Source of the DNA: Nitrospirota bacterium
Lineage (GTDB): Bacteria; Nitrospirota; Thermodesulfovibrionia; Thermodesulfovibrionales; UBA9159
NCBI GenBank assembly: GCA_963699545.1
Contig: CAVOUE010000010.1
Span: 32,001-96,000, forward strand
Direction: 5' to 3'
Length of the DNA: 64,000 nt
Positions 43,969 through 54,449 of this stretch are shown here, in pieces (position 1 is the stretch's first letter; each line of letters starts with the position of its first letter). Under the pieces are notes generated by a model, which worked only from the letters and a program-made list of their open reading frames with translations, ran no database searches and had not been told where the DNA came from. The translations under genes and the position numbers were made by a program.

Positions 43969-44063
43969 GATAAGATAATTGTTACCATATATTAATATAT
44001 GTTGTCAAGTGATAATAGTTGTTATAATATGTTTACTTAGAAATAGATATGTGATAAGATAAT
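43969..44063. promoter_or_regulatory. Divergent promoter/operator region
   Basis: Perfect palindrome CATATATTAATATATG (43986-44001); GATAAGATAAT direct repeats (43969, 44053); minus-strand TTGACA at 44003-44008. Confidence 0.65.
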
Positions 44064-44114
44064 CAAATTGAAGGTCGAAGGCAAAATCAGTAAAATAATC
44101 CGGAGGGAAGGAAT

Positions 44115-44867
44115 ATGGAATTCCTAACGATACAGGAAGTTGCTCAAATTCTCAAAACACATACCAACACCGTTTATAAGATGTGCCGTGAAGGTAGTTT
44201 GCCATGTGTCAAAATAGGTAAGGAGTGGCGTATCGACCGGGCCAAATTTGCAAAGTTCATGGAGAGCGGGACCAAACAAAAGATGGAAGACCCGCTTCAC
44301 GGGTTTATTAGTGATGCCCTTAAAGGTGGTCATGTTCTCGGCGTTTTTACTGAGCAAGATGATATTGCTGAGTTTGAACTGGAATTTTTTAAAGCAGCGC
44401 CGAAGGATGGACGGCGGTTTCTTAAAGCGTGCTGGTGGCAGCATCCGGATGATGTCCGACAGTATCTTGCCAGGGGAGATTTCCCGGTGGAGGCGATGGA
44501 AGCTTCCGGGTCATTTGTCATAGCAGATTTAGGAAAGATCTTTTGCAGTTCCGGCCCGGTCAGCGCAGCAGAGGTCTGGATAACCGCCACTGAGGATGCC
44601 TTAAAACATGGTTTGAAGGGTCTAATTGGCTCTGGTTCCCCTCATTTCAACTGTTGCGGCAGCCACAGTGCCTTGTTAGAGTTTGAAGGCGCTTTAGACA
44701 AGGGATTAAAAGGTTTGCCGGTTGCCGGCGTTTGTTCTTACTTTATGGACAATGACGTGCCGGATGCCTTTCCCAGGTTTGTTGACCTCGTGGCGGATCA
44801 CGATAGGTTCTTTGTTAAGACAAAGGATGGCGGAATTTTCGCTAAGAATATAAGCTCATTCTCCTAA
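44115..44867 (+). CDS. DcmR-like regulator: excisionase/MerR-type HTH plus probable MEDS sensor domain
   Basis: LTIQEVAQILK..TVYKM..G.LP..KIGKEWRI HTH; C-terminal GHVLGVF...LLEFE...VCSY...HD fits my recollection of MEDS. Confidence 0.75.
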   Translation: MEFLTIQEVAQILKTHTNTVYKMCREGSLPCVKIGKEWRIDRAKFAKFMESGTKQKMEDPLHGFISDALKGGHVLGVFTEQDDIAEFELEFFKAAPKDGRRFLKACWWQHPDDVRQYLARGDFPVEAMEASGSFVIADLGKIFCSSGPVSAAEVWITATEDALKHGLKGLIGSGSPHFNCCGSHSALLEFEGALDKGLKGLPVAGVCSYFMDNDVPDAFPRFVDLVADHDRFFVKTKDGGIFAKNISSFS

Positions 44868-44976
44868 TGCGCCAGAAAAGTGGTATATTCAGAAGAAAGT
44901 TCTTATCGTACTATGGCAGAATTCATCCAGGAAAACTCACAGAGCCTTAAGAGTTAAACCATCGTATATGTTTCAC

Positions 44977-45066
44977 CTAAAGCCAATACTCGGGATATCT
45001 TCTGTTCTTTGAAAGGTTATTCACCACAAGGGCAACGATCAGAAGGATGCAGGCGCCGAGACCTGC
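44977..45066 (-). pseudogene. Orphan 3' fragment of an HPP-family gene
   Basis: Reads AGLGACILLIVALVVNNLSKNRRYPEYWL*, 26/29 identical to the C-terminus of the gene ending at 54813. Confidence 0.85.
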
Positions 45067-45080
45067 AATAGCGGGATTCG

Positions 45081-46427
45081 TTATTTTGTCTTTCTCATTT
45101 TTTTCAGCGCCTTTGCTATCTGACCCGTAATACTTTTTGTTCTTAGCTGAACATCTATCTTCCCGATATCTTCCATGACTGTATCTTTCTCGACCGCGAT
45201 CGACGACGATTTCCGCATGGAAAGGACCTGACTGGGATATACACTCCTGTGTCCGGTCATTAAGAAACTGATAATGCAGGAAATCGCAGCATAGGGCCCC
45301 ACGGACGCACCGAAAAGCTCTATGGCCATGATGCTTGCGGAAATAGGTGTATTCGCCGCGCCGGCAAGCACGGCTACCATTCCAAGAGCGGCGAACATGG
45401 CCGGGTCCAGTCCCAGTACGCTCCCAAACATGTTGCCCGATGCGGCCCCGACGAAAAAGATCGGCGTAACAATCCCGCCGCTCCCTCCGAAATTAAGGGT
45501 AATTGACGTGAAAAGCATCTTAAAGAGAAAAGCCAGTTTAGGTGTCTCCCTACCCTGCAGGGCGCCCTGGATAGTGTCTAACCCGAGGCCGAGGTACCGG
45601 CTTGAAAGAAGAAACGAAAAGATCGCAAGCACGGTTCCGCCCGCCACCGCCTTGTACGACATCGCCAGCTTTATCTTCTGGCTCATATCCTTAAAATATG
45701 TAAGCATCTCCACGAACAAGAAGGAACAAAGACCGAAAAACACGCCGCTGAAGCATACCTTGAGAAAAAAGAAACTGCTGAAAACGGGGACGAACTTCAG
45801 CGGCTCATGAAAATAGGTGATTCCCATGAGCGACGAGACGTGAAACCCAACAATGCCCGCAACGAACGAAGGGAGCAGTACGTCATAAAGCAGACCACCT
45901 ACAAAGAGCACCTCAACCCCAAATATTGCTCCGGCAATGGGGGTTCCGAATACGGTTGAAAATCCTGCACTGATGCCGCATATGACCAATCTTCTGCGGT
46001 CTTTATCATCGAACTTCAGCAGGTCGGAAAGTCCCGATGCAAGACCAGCGCCTATCTGAGCGCACGGTCCTTCTTTCCCCGCCGAGCCTCCAAAAGCAAT
46101 GGTGATGATCGTCGCGGCAAGTTTTACGGGAACAACCATCGGATTTATTTTCCCCGCACGTTTGTGCACCGCCTCTATCACCTTCTCTGTCCCGTGTCCT
46201 CCAGCTTCAGGGGCGAGATACTTCACGATAACAACGCTTAATAAAAATGCCACCGGGAGCAACAGATAATAATACTTGTACCCGTTTGTGAAATCAATTC
46301 CCAGTGCAAGCAGCTTGAGGAATACCGCCGTTGATGTCCCTACCACAACGCCCACACAGGCTGCGAGAAAGATCCATTTGCTGATGCTCACGAACAAAAC
46401 GGAGCTTTCGAGAATCTTTTTCCTCAT
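45081..46427 (-). CDS. ClC-family chloride channel/antiporter
   Basis: GHGTE, GGSAGKEGP, FGTPIAGAIF, GGIVTP, NTPI motifs. Confidence 0.92.
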   Translation of the reverse strand: MRKKILESSVLFVSISKWIFLAACVGVVVGTSTAVFLKLLALGIDFTNGYKYYYLLLPVAFLLSVVIVKYLAPEAGGHGTEKVIEAVHKRAGKINPMVVPVKLAATIITIAFGGSAGKEGPCAQIGAGLASGLSDLLKFDDKDRRRLVICGISAGFSTVFGTPIAGAIFGVEVLFVGGLLYDVLLPSFVAGIVGFHVSSLMGITYFHEPLKFVPVFSSFFFLKVCFSGVFFGLCSFLFVEMLTYFKDMSQKIKLAMSYKAVAGGTVLAIFSFLLSSRYLGLGLDTIQGALQGRETPKLAFLFKMLFTSITLNFGGSGGIVTPIFFVGAASGNMFGSVLGLDPAMFAALGMVAVLAGAANTPISASIMAIELFGASVGPYAAISCIISFLMTGHRSVYPSQVLSMRKSSSIAVEKDTVMEDIGKIDVQLRTKSITGQIAKALKKMRKTK

Positions 46428-46624
46428 TACGTTAATCTCCAATGATCTTCGGGATTATGTATTATAATTGTTTCTTCCGCTCTTTGACAGGCCTCTCACC
46501 CGACGGCAAGATGATGATGGGCAACAAAGATATGATGAAAGCGCTGAAGAAGGTGAGGAGAAAATGAACTCGTGTGCCTTCTTGGGTTAAAAGTCTTTGC
46601 TGCGCTTTCCGAATTGTCAGGCAA

Positions 46625-47623
46625 TTACTTTAGAAGATATAAGAGCGCCATATTGGCTATATAAACGACAATGATTCCGATGGAATCCCACGCCAGAAAC
46701 AACCTTTTTTTCTCTGCCCTGTAAGTCAGACCGATAACTGCGACAGAGGTCATGGCAATAGCGGATAAGGCCGATATTACATGACTGGGATTCGTGAAAG
46801 ACAGGATGGGGCCTTTTACGAAAAAGATGTCGTCAATAGCGAGAATGAAGATGTTAAAAATATTACTTCCGAAGAGATTGCCGATTGCAAGGTCTATGGA
46901 AGCCATTCTTACGGCTGCTACAGAAACCACTGCCTCGGGAAGGGATGTGGAAACCGCGATAAATATGTTCGCCACAAACGTCTGTCCAAGCCCCGTCGCC
47001 TCGGCAATGCCTTCACCGACCTTAGGTAAGAATATCGCAGCAATTACGACAATGCCCGCATTGATAACATAATGCAGAATGGCGTCTTTTGTTTTCACGC
47101 TTTCATATCTGAGTTCTTTGGCGATCTCCTTCAGGAAGGTGGCCACCTGTCTCTTCTCATAAAAATAGACTAACCTCATTGCAATGAAGTAATTAATCAC
47201 AAACAGGAAAGTGTAGGCGCCGATCCAGCCCAACGGAGTGGCATATTCCGCAAAAGAGATACTTAAAGCAACGATACTGAGAAGAAGGATTCCGAAGCCT
47301 GCCGATAGGACATGTCCGTGATGGGCCTTTGTGGAAATCGGCACTGGTTTATAGAGAGCATCGAGGATCGCGAGAATAAGCATATTGAATACGCAACTTC
47401 CAAGCACATCGCCGACGGCTATATCCGGCACACCGGCATAAGTGACGGAGCTTACCCCCGTGACGAGTTCCGGCAGGGATGTAACAGAAGCCATGAGCAC
47501 AACACCAATCCATGCTCTTCCCATGCCTGTCTTTTCAGCGATCATATCGCCGTATTTTGAAAGCTTCGTCCCGGAATACACAATCGCCGTTGTACAGATT
47601 AGAAATTCAAGCCAGAGAAGCAT
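46625..47623 (-). CDS. Sodium:calcium antiporter (CaCA family)
   Basis: Two alpha repeats: TSLPE...GDVLGSCVFN and TSLPE...GNLFGSNIFN. Confidence 0.9.
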   Translation of the reverse strand: MLLWLEFLICTTAIVYSGTKLSKYGDMIAEKTGMGRAWIGVVLMASVTSLPELVTGVSSVTYAGVPDIAVGDVLGSCVFNMLILAILDALYKPVPISTKAHHGHVLSAGFGILLLSIVALSISFAEYATPLGWIGAYTFLFVINYFIAMRLVYFYEKRQVATFLKEIAKELRYESVKTKDAILHYVINAGIVVIAAIFLPKVGEGIAEATGLGQTFVANIFIAVSTSLPEAVVSVAAVRMASIDLAIGNLFGSNIFNIFILAIDDIFFVKGPILSFTNPSHVISALSAIAMTSVAVIGLTYRAEKKRLFLAWDSIGIIVVYIANMALLYLLK

Positions 47624-48044
47624 CAGAACCTCAGAGTATCAGATTAAAGATTTCACTTGCAAAATTATATCAGAATCTCATAACGAAAAGAGATTGTTGA
47701 CTTTCAGACCAAGATTCAAGGTGTTGCCGACAAGGTCACAGGATGGGGTTTTTATAAACGCTATGATGGGTCCTCACATGATGGGCAAGGTCAGAATGGG
47801 TTCCCGTTCGTGTTGGTTTTAAAAAACGAGGCGACAGCCCCCTGCTCGACTCTCAAGAAGTCGACATCGTCGGACTGTAAAGATTCTTGACAATTACCGC
47901 TGTGCAGGATGTTCTTTAAAAAGGGGTATGTGACTTTCCGGGTCCAGAAATCAACAAATGTTTCTGGAGGTAATATGTTTTGATAGTCGGGCCGCTATCT
48001 ATTTTAGTTAGCGGCTTTTTTATTTGGAGGCGAAAGACCGGAGA

Positions 48045-48701
48045 ATGGATCCTTTTGAATTCAAACAGTGTATAGGCCTTCTTAAAGCAACCGGAAGGAA
48101 GGCAAAGAATCTGCATGAGCTGCGCGCCGGAATAGAGGGAGCGAGCAAAGAATCTGTTTATTATCACACGTCTCAGTATTTATTAAAGGCGCGCAAGCTT
48201 GAATACACCAATGAGTTTGCACAATGGGCAGGTGAGAGCCTTGGGGAAAGAGTGCTTGCAGAGCATCTTTCTATTGTAGACCCTTATGAGTTTAAGGACT
48301 TTGTTGATCTGAAGGACAAGTTGCTGACCGTGATCGATGATTATCTGGAGACCTTCCCTGAGCCGAGAGAGGTAATTCCCGGCAATGAGTTCTATTTTAA
48401 CGAGACGATTACCCTGGTGATGTCTTCAGGGATGGAAGTGGATAACCTTGCTGAATTTCTTGTCGCTGCAAGGCATCTTGACGACAGCTCGATATACTAT
48501 CACTTTTATGAGTCAAGAACGCGGCTCGGCGGCGAGGATGATTTTACCAATTGGCTTGAGGACTCACTCGGAGAAACAGAACTTGCGGAAAAAATGAGGG
48601 CAATCGATCCTTTCATGTACGGAATAGAAGGAACGAGGAACCTCATAGTTAAGATGGTCGAGGAGAGGGTTAAAACAACAATGGAGAGCTTAGAGATATG
48701 A
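48045..48701 (+). CDS. DUF5752-like protein (TreT-associated)
   Basis: Duplicated S(V/I)YYH...(N/D)xFxxW units; overlaps the treT start. Confidence 0.7.
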   Translation: MDPFEFKQCIGLLKATGRKAKNLHELRAGIEGASKESVYYHTSQYLLKARKLEYTNEFAQWAGESLGERVLAEHLSIVDPYEFKDFVDLKDKLLTVIDDYLETFPEPREVIPGNEFYFNETITLVMSSGMEVDNLAEFLVAARHLDDSSIYYHFYESRTRLGGEDDFTNWLEDSLGETELAEKMRAIDPFMYGIEGTRNLIVKMVEERVKTTMESLEI

Positions 48702-49948
48702 ATTCTACGGAGGAAAACGGGAATGCCCTGCAGCTGGAGCTTAGGGATTATGTCGAGATCGCCCCAAGAGTTGACCTGTTGGTTATCCAGAAGCTTGCCG
48801 AGAGGTTCTCAGGACGTAGCTTCTTGCATGTGAATTCGACGAAAAGCGGCGGCGGGGTTGCCGAGATTCTCCAAAGGATGGTAGCCATTTTGAAGCGCCT
48901 CGGGATCAATACACGTTGGGAAATCTTACGAGGCGACACGAGATTTTTTGAAATAACAAAGAAGATCCATAATTCCCTTCAAGGTTCTATTGAAAGAATC
49001 ACGAAGGAAATGTGGCAACACTATTATGAAGTCAACAGGCAGAATGCCGAGAATATAAGCCTTGACGCAGACCTGGTTCTAATACATGATCCCCAGCCTG
49101 CGCCGCTGATAGAATTCAGAAAGACGGGAAGATGGATCTGGAGATGCCACATTGATGTCTCGAACCCCTTAAAAGAGACATGCGATCATCTCAGGCAATA
49201 CTGCGAGAAGTATGACGCTGCCATCTTTTCCTCTTCCAGATTTGCTCAATTACTTCCGATAGACGAGTTTATTATTCCGCCGTCGATAGCTCCTCTAAGC
49301 GACAAGAACAGGGAACTTCAAAAAGACGAGATTTCGGTTGTGCTGAAAAGGCTTAATGTGCCGGGTGATAAACCCATTATCCTTCAGGTATCGCGATTTG
49401 ACAGGTTCAAAGATCCGATAGGAGTAATCAAGGCATACAAACTTGTTAGAAAGTACAATGACTGCAGGCTTGTCCTCGCCGGAAGTCCCGCGGACGATGA
49501 CCCTGAAGGGGAAACCGTCCTGAATGAAGTGAGGGAATTCGCGGGGGACGATCCGGATATACACATTCTTCTCCTGCCGCCGTTCAGTGACATTGAGATA
49601 AACGCATTGCAGAGAGCGGCCACCGTTGTTTTTCAAAAATCTTTGAAGGAAGGGTTCGGGCTTACGGTCTCTGAGGCGATGTGGAAGGGGAAGCCTGTAA
49701 TAGGTGGCGCAACAGGCGGCATTCCACTTCAGATACTGCATGGTGTTACAGGATTTCTTGTGTATTCAGTGGAGGGTGCGGCATTCAGAGCTAGACAGAT
49801 CCTTAACAATCCTGCTATGGCAAAGAGGATGGGCGAAAAGGGCAAAGAATACGTACGGCAGAATTTTCTCATAACCAGGCAGGTGAGAGATTATCTTTCT
49901 TTGTGGTACACACTGGAAAACAAAGGGAAAAGTGTTCTGGAGATTTAG
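48698..49948 (+). CDS. treT: Trehalose synthase TreT (GT4)
   Basis: HVNSTKSGGGVAEIL, IHDPQP, WRCHID, QVSRFDRFKDP, EGFGLTVSEAMWK. Confidence 0.88.
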   Translation: MNSTEENGNALQLELRDYVEIAPRVDLLVIQKLAERFSGRSFLHVNSTKSGGGVAEILQRMVAILKRLGINTRWEILRGDTRFFEITKKIHNSLQGSIERITKEMWQHYYEVNRQNAENISLDADLVLIHDPQPAPLIEFRKTGRWIWRCHIDVSNPLKETCDHLRQYCEKYDAAIFSSSRFAQLLPIDEFIIPPSIAPLSDKNRELQKDEISVVLKRLNVPGDKPIILQVSRFDRFKDPIGVIKAYKLVRKYNDCRLVLAGSPADDDPEGETVLNEVREFAGDDPDIHILLLPPFSDIEINALQRAATVVFQKSLKEGFGLTVSEAMWKGKPVIGGATGGIPLQILHGVTGFLVYSVEGAAFRARQILNNPAMAKRMGEKGKEYVRQNFLITRQVRDYLSLWYTLENKGKSVLEI

Positions 49949-52215
49949 ATGAAGATTACGTTTCGCCTTATCGTTTCACTTCTTATTGTGGTAGCTCTGA
50001 CTGCCATTGTTTTTTCGTTTTATCAAGTCAGCGCTGAAAGGCTACGTCTCACATCCGAGTTGGAACGGCGAGCTATCGTCCTGGCAGAGAGTTTACAGGA
50101 ATCTGCTATACCTCTGGTGCAGTCAAATGCACTCCCCAGATTGAATCGCCTTGTCGAGCGATTCGGAAACCGCGAGAGGCTCAAGGGAGTTGCCGTGCTC
50201 GACGGGCAGGGAAATATAATAGTAACAACAGCCGGGCTCAAGTCTCACATACTCCAGCCCTTGCCCCAGGCGGTCACCTCCGTCGCGGAAAGGAGACCAG
50301 TGGACGGCTTCTTAGCCGTCGAGGGAAAGAAAACTTATATTTATGCGCTTCCCTTGTCGGCGGAGGATCAACTTATAGGTTCTCTTGCGCTTTTTTATGA
50401 TGCTTCCTACATTGGCGTGAGGCTTGAAGGCATATGGAAGCATAACCTTTTTCGGTTTTTGACATTATCGGTTCTGATCGCGGTGATTACCCTTTTGGTG
50501 ATAAGGTGGAGCATCACAGGTCCGATTGCAAACTTTGCAGAATGGATGAGGGAATTGCGAATGGGGAAAAGCAAAATCAGCCAACCGGTTCCTTCCGTAA
50601 GGGGAGACATTTTAGCGCCGCTGATTACAGAAGCTGCCCACTTGGCGAAGAGTCTCGCGATTGCACGGGCACGGGCGGAAGAGGAGGCGAGGTTACGTGT
50701 TCAGGCTGAATCACTCTGGACGGCAAACAGGCTGAAGGAGCATATGCGTGTTGAACTCGGAGGCAAGAAACTGTTTTTGATTTCGAACAGGGAACCTTAT
50801 ATGCATGTTAAGGATGGCCGCAATGTCAAGTGCATCACCCCGGCAGGCGGATTAGTCACCGCGCTTGATCCGGTCATGCGGATATGTGACGGCGTCTGGA
50901 TTGCCCATGGAAGTGGAGAGGCGGATCGCGAGGTTGTCGATGCCGGCGACAGATTGCGCGTGCCTCCCGAAGAACCTGCCTATGCCTTGAAGAGGATATG
51001 GCTTACCAAGGAAGAGGAAACGGATACTATTATGGTTTTTCGAATGAGGGACTTTGGCCCTTATGCCATATTACTCACACACGTCCCATTTTCCGGTTGG
51101 AGGATTGGGTTCTATTACCAAAAGGTAAATGAGAAGTTCGCGGAGGCATTGCTGCAAGAGGTCGCCGATGAAGAATCTCCTCTCGTTCTGATCCAGGATT
51201 ATCATCTTGCATTGCTGCCGTTTCTGGTCAAAAAGAAGCGCCCGGATGCAAAGATAGCGCTCTTTTGGCACATCCCGTGGCCCAATCCTGAAGCGTACGG
51301 CATCTGTCCCTGGCATCGGGAGATCCTTATGGGGATGCTGGCGGCTGATATAGTCGGCTTTCACATACAGTTCCATTGCAATAATTTTCTGGATACGGTC
51401 GATAGGTTCCTGGAATCAAAGATCGACTGGGAGCAGTTCTCTAGTGAGCCGCGGCGGGCACACGACGTTGATAAAGCCCTTTCCCATAAGTGTCAGTTTT
51501 GAAGCGCGCTTCGGATAAAGAAATCGCAATCCGTGAGAAGACAAGTTCAAGAGAAAACATACTTAAGGAGATAGATGCACATGCGGACTACCTCGGGGTC
51601 GGCGTCGACCGCATCGATTATACCAAAGGCATCCCCGAGCGATTCAGGGCAATTGAGAGGTTTCTGGAAAAATATCCCGAATTTGTGGGCAGGTTCACAT
51701 TTGTAGAGCTTGGCGCGCCGAGCCGTACGCATATCAAGAAATACAGGGATCTCACAACGGAGGTCGAAGAAATGGTTGACAAGATCAACTGGAGATTTCA
51801 GACAAAGGGATGGAAGCCTATTGTCTTTCTTAAGGCGCACCACAGCCACGAGGAGATAACCCGCTTCTATAAGACAGCCGACATCTGCATGGTGACCTCC
51901 CTGCATGACGGTATGAATCTGGTCGCCAAGGAATTTGTGGTAGCGCGTGATGACGAAGACGGGGTATTGGTTCTCAGTCAATTTGCCGGCGCGTCGCGTG
52001 AACTGAAGGATGCGGTGATTATAAATCCTTATGATATCGAGGATATGGCGGATGCGATACATCTTTCGCTTACAATGGAGCCCTCGGAGCGAACTGAACG
52101 GATGCAGAGGATGCGGGCTGTGGTCAAAGAGCATAATATCTATCGCTGGGCTGGAAATCTGATCACGTCATTGGCACGCCTGAGACCTGTGGGAATGCAG
52201 AATGGGAGAACTTAG
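49949..52215 (+). CDS. otsA: Trehalose-6-phosphate synthase with N-terminal TM-sensor-TM-HAMP-like region (frameshifts near 51020, 51105, 51445)
   Basis: SNREPY, AGGLVTAL, QDYHL, FWHIPWP, GVDRIDYTKGI, DGMNLVAKE, LSQFAGA; two TM helices in the first 190 aa or so. Confidence 0.88.
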
Positions 52216-53018
52216 TAAGATCGCGCAGCCGCGATATCTTTTCGGGGATCTAAATGAAACCCCTTTTTAAAGAAACTCGCGCGCGATCGCACGGTTGCAT
52301 TGTTTCTTGATTTTGACGGCACATTAGTTCCCATTCGGCAAGACCCTGCAGAATGTTTCCTGTCTGAAAAGATAAAAAAACAGTTGCGCTCGCTGGCAGA
52401 CTCTGAACGCATCCGTCTGACGATTATGAGCGGGAGGTCTTTGTCCGACGTTAGGAAGAGGGTCGGTATACGTAAGATTTATTACGGCGGCAATCATGGA
52501 TTGGACATCACCGGCCCGAGTGCGAGATATACACACGCAAAAGCTTTATCTGCCAAACCTCTTATGAGGCATGTAAAGCATCTGCTCAAACGTGAGATAG
52601 CGGGTATTAAGGGCGCGTGGCTCGAAGATAAGAAATTTACGGTGAGCCTTCACTTCCGCACAGTGAAGAAAGGACATGTGCAATTACTTAAGAAATGTTT
52701 TTGTAGAGTTGCAAGTGAATTCCTGGAGGACAGATCACTGGGCGTAATCAAGGGAAAAAAGTCCTTGAACTGACGCCTGATTCAACGTGGAACAAGGGCA
52801 GTGCGGTCCTCTGGATTTTACGGCACTTCAAAGGTAAGTGGTTGCCCATCTATGTGGGTGACGACACAACCGACGAGGCGGCGTTTACGGCCCTTAAAGA
52901 AGGAGGCATTACTATACGGGTCGGAAAAGCGAAGAGTACCGGTGCGAAACACTATGTCAAAGGCTATTGGCAGATTCCGCAATTATTGGAACAAATTCAG
53001 GAGTACATCTCTGTATAG
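52202..53018 (+). CDS. otsB: Trehalose-6-phosphate phosphatase (frameshifts near 52260 and 52760)
   Basis: FLDFDGTL, SGR, GNHG, then WNKG, YVGDDTTDE in the shifted frame. Confidence 0.85.
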
Positions 53019-53293
53019 CGAAGTCAAGCTATTCATAACCGTTCTTCAGGCCCAGAAGTGTGAAGAGACAGTGGACGGAGGTCAAACATGCTGGTCAAAT
53101 CTCAGGGTGGGGACTCCACAACGAAGATTGTTTTGAAAAAAAGACAGTAGCATGACAGCGTTTAATTTCTATAACTTTTTCAGAACCAAGGAGAACCGCT
53201 TGGTCTCCCGTCAAAGGGCACAAAATTAAAGATTATATCGATTTCTGATCGGACAGGTTGGAACGGTTTCCACAGTATTACATAATATTATTA

Positions 53294-54360
53294 TCATTCT
53301 TTTCTCGCGTTTACCTTCACAGAGTGGAGCCCTTTGGCCCCGTCAGGAAACGATCTGAACAACTTTCCCAGGAGAAATGAAGACTCCTGGACCTTGCCTG
53401 ACCTGTCGAACCCCCGAACGGTTATCGTGTACTCGCCCTCCTTCGAGGGTTTCCAGTCGTACCGCCAGAGTGTCCACGACCACTTCGAAAGCGGTGACTT
53501 GAGTTCTGCGTCATGCCATGATCTTTCATCGTCCGGAGAAACCTGAACCTTGCTTATGCCGTACCTGCCGCCAAAGGCGATCCCGCCGATAACGTAATTC
53601 CCGAGCGGTATCGTCTTTCCCTCCATCGGCATGAGGATATGCGATCTCACAGGAATGATCGCCTCATCGGACCATCCCCTCTTCTCCCAGTATCCCTTGA
53701 AATTGTAATTGACAAGCTCAATCTTCGAAAGCCATTTGACGTGCTTCATTCCATAAATGCCCGGAACAATCGCCCTTAGAGGATAGCCGTGCTGCTTTGG
53801 CAAGGGTTCTCCGTTCATCCTGGATGCGAGGAAGACGTCTTCCGCGAGCGATAAAGAATACGGGATGCTGTCAGTGTAACCATCATCCGCATAAAAGGCT
53901 GTCTTCACGATTCCCTTTTGCGGAACTGCCCTCTCTATGACCTTTCTCAGGGTCACACCATCCCACAGGGCATTGCTGATGGCATCGCCCCCGACCGGAT
54001 TGCCGATACACTCGAGCGTAACAAACTCGGTCTTGTCCCTCATCTCTTCGAGCTCCTTCAAACTGAGCGTATATGGCTTTTCGACGAGACCCTCGATCCT
54101 CAACCTGAATGCCGCAGGATCAATGGTCGGCACCGTATCTGAATAGGTGGTGATATAGAACTCGTTATTGGGAGTGATCTCTTTTGCCATAAATCCCATA
54201 AAATTTACCGAGCCTTTCATGAGAAGGGAATGTTTTTCCTCTTCGGTAACTGCCTCGGCATATTGATATATCCCATCGAAGACAGAAACTCCGAATCCCA
54301 GTCCTATGGTTCCTATGCCAAGGCCTCTGAAGAAATCTCTTCTGGTATAGTCTTTGTCAT
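53294..54360 (-). CDS. Tat-exported molybdopterin oxidoreductase, sulfite oxidase family
   Basis: TRRDFF Tat motif, TLECIGN Mo-ligand Cys, HGYPLR, GMKHVKWL; RBS GGAGGG before ATG 54360 (needs one indel). Confidence 0.85.
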
Positions 54361-54449
54361 CTTGCCCTCCTGAATGTGCTGTTATTGAGAGAGCCTGAAA
54401 GTATTGTGTTCCAGTATACCGGGCTCCTCTCTGAAAGGAGGTGAAAGTC

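Noticed and set aside
43918-44114. Cobalamin riboswitch before the corrinoid gene
   Set aside because: The region is short, very AT-rich and has no B12-box.
46430-46620. Fluoride riboswitch upstream of the ClC gene
   Set aside because: No match to the crcB motif, and the protein lacks CLC-F signatures. The short plus-strand peptide LSPDGKMMMGNKDMM... here cannot be assigned.
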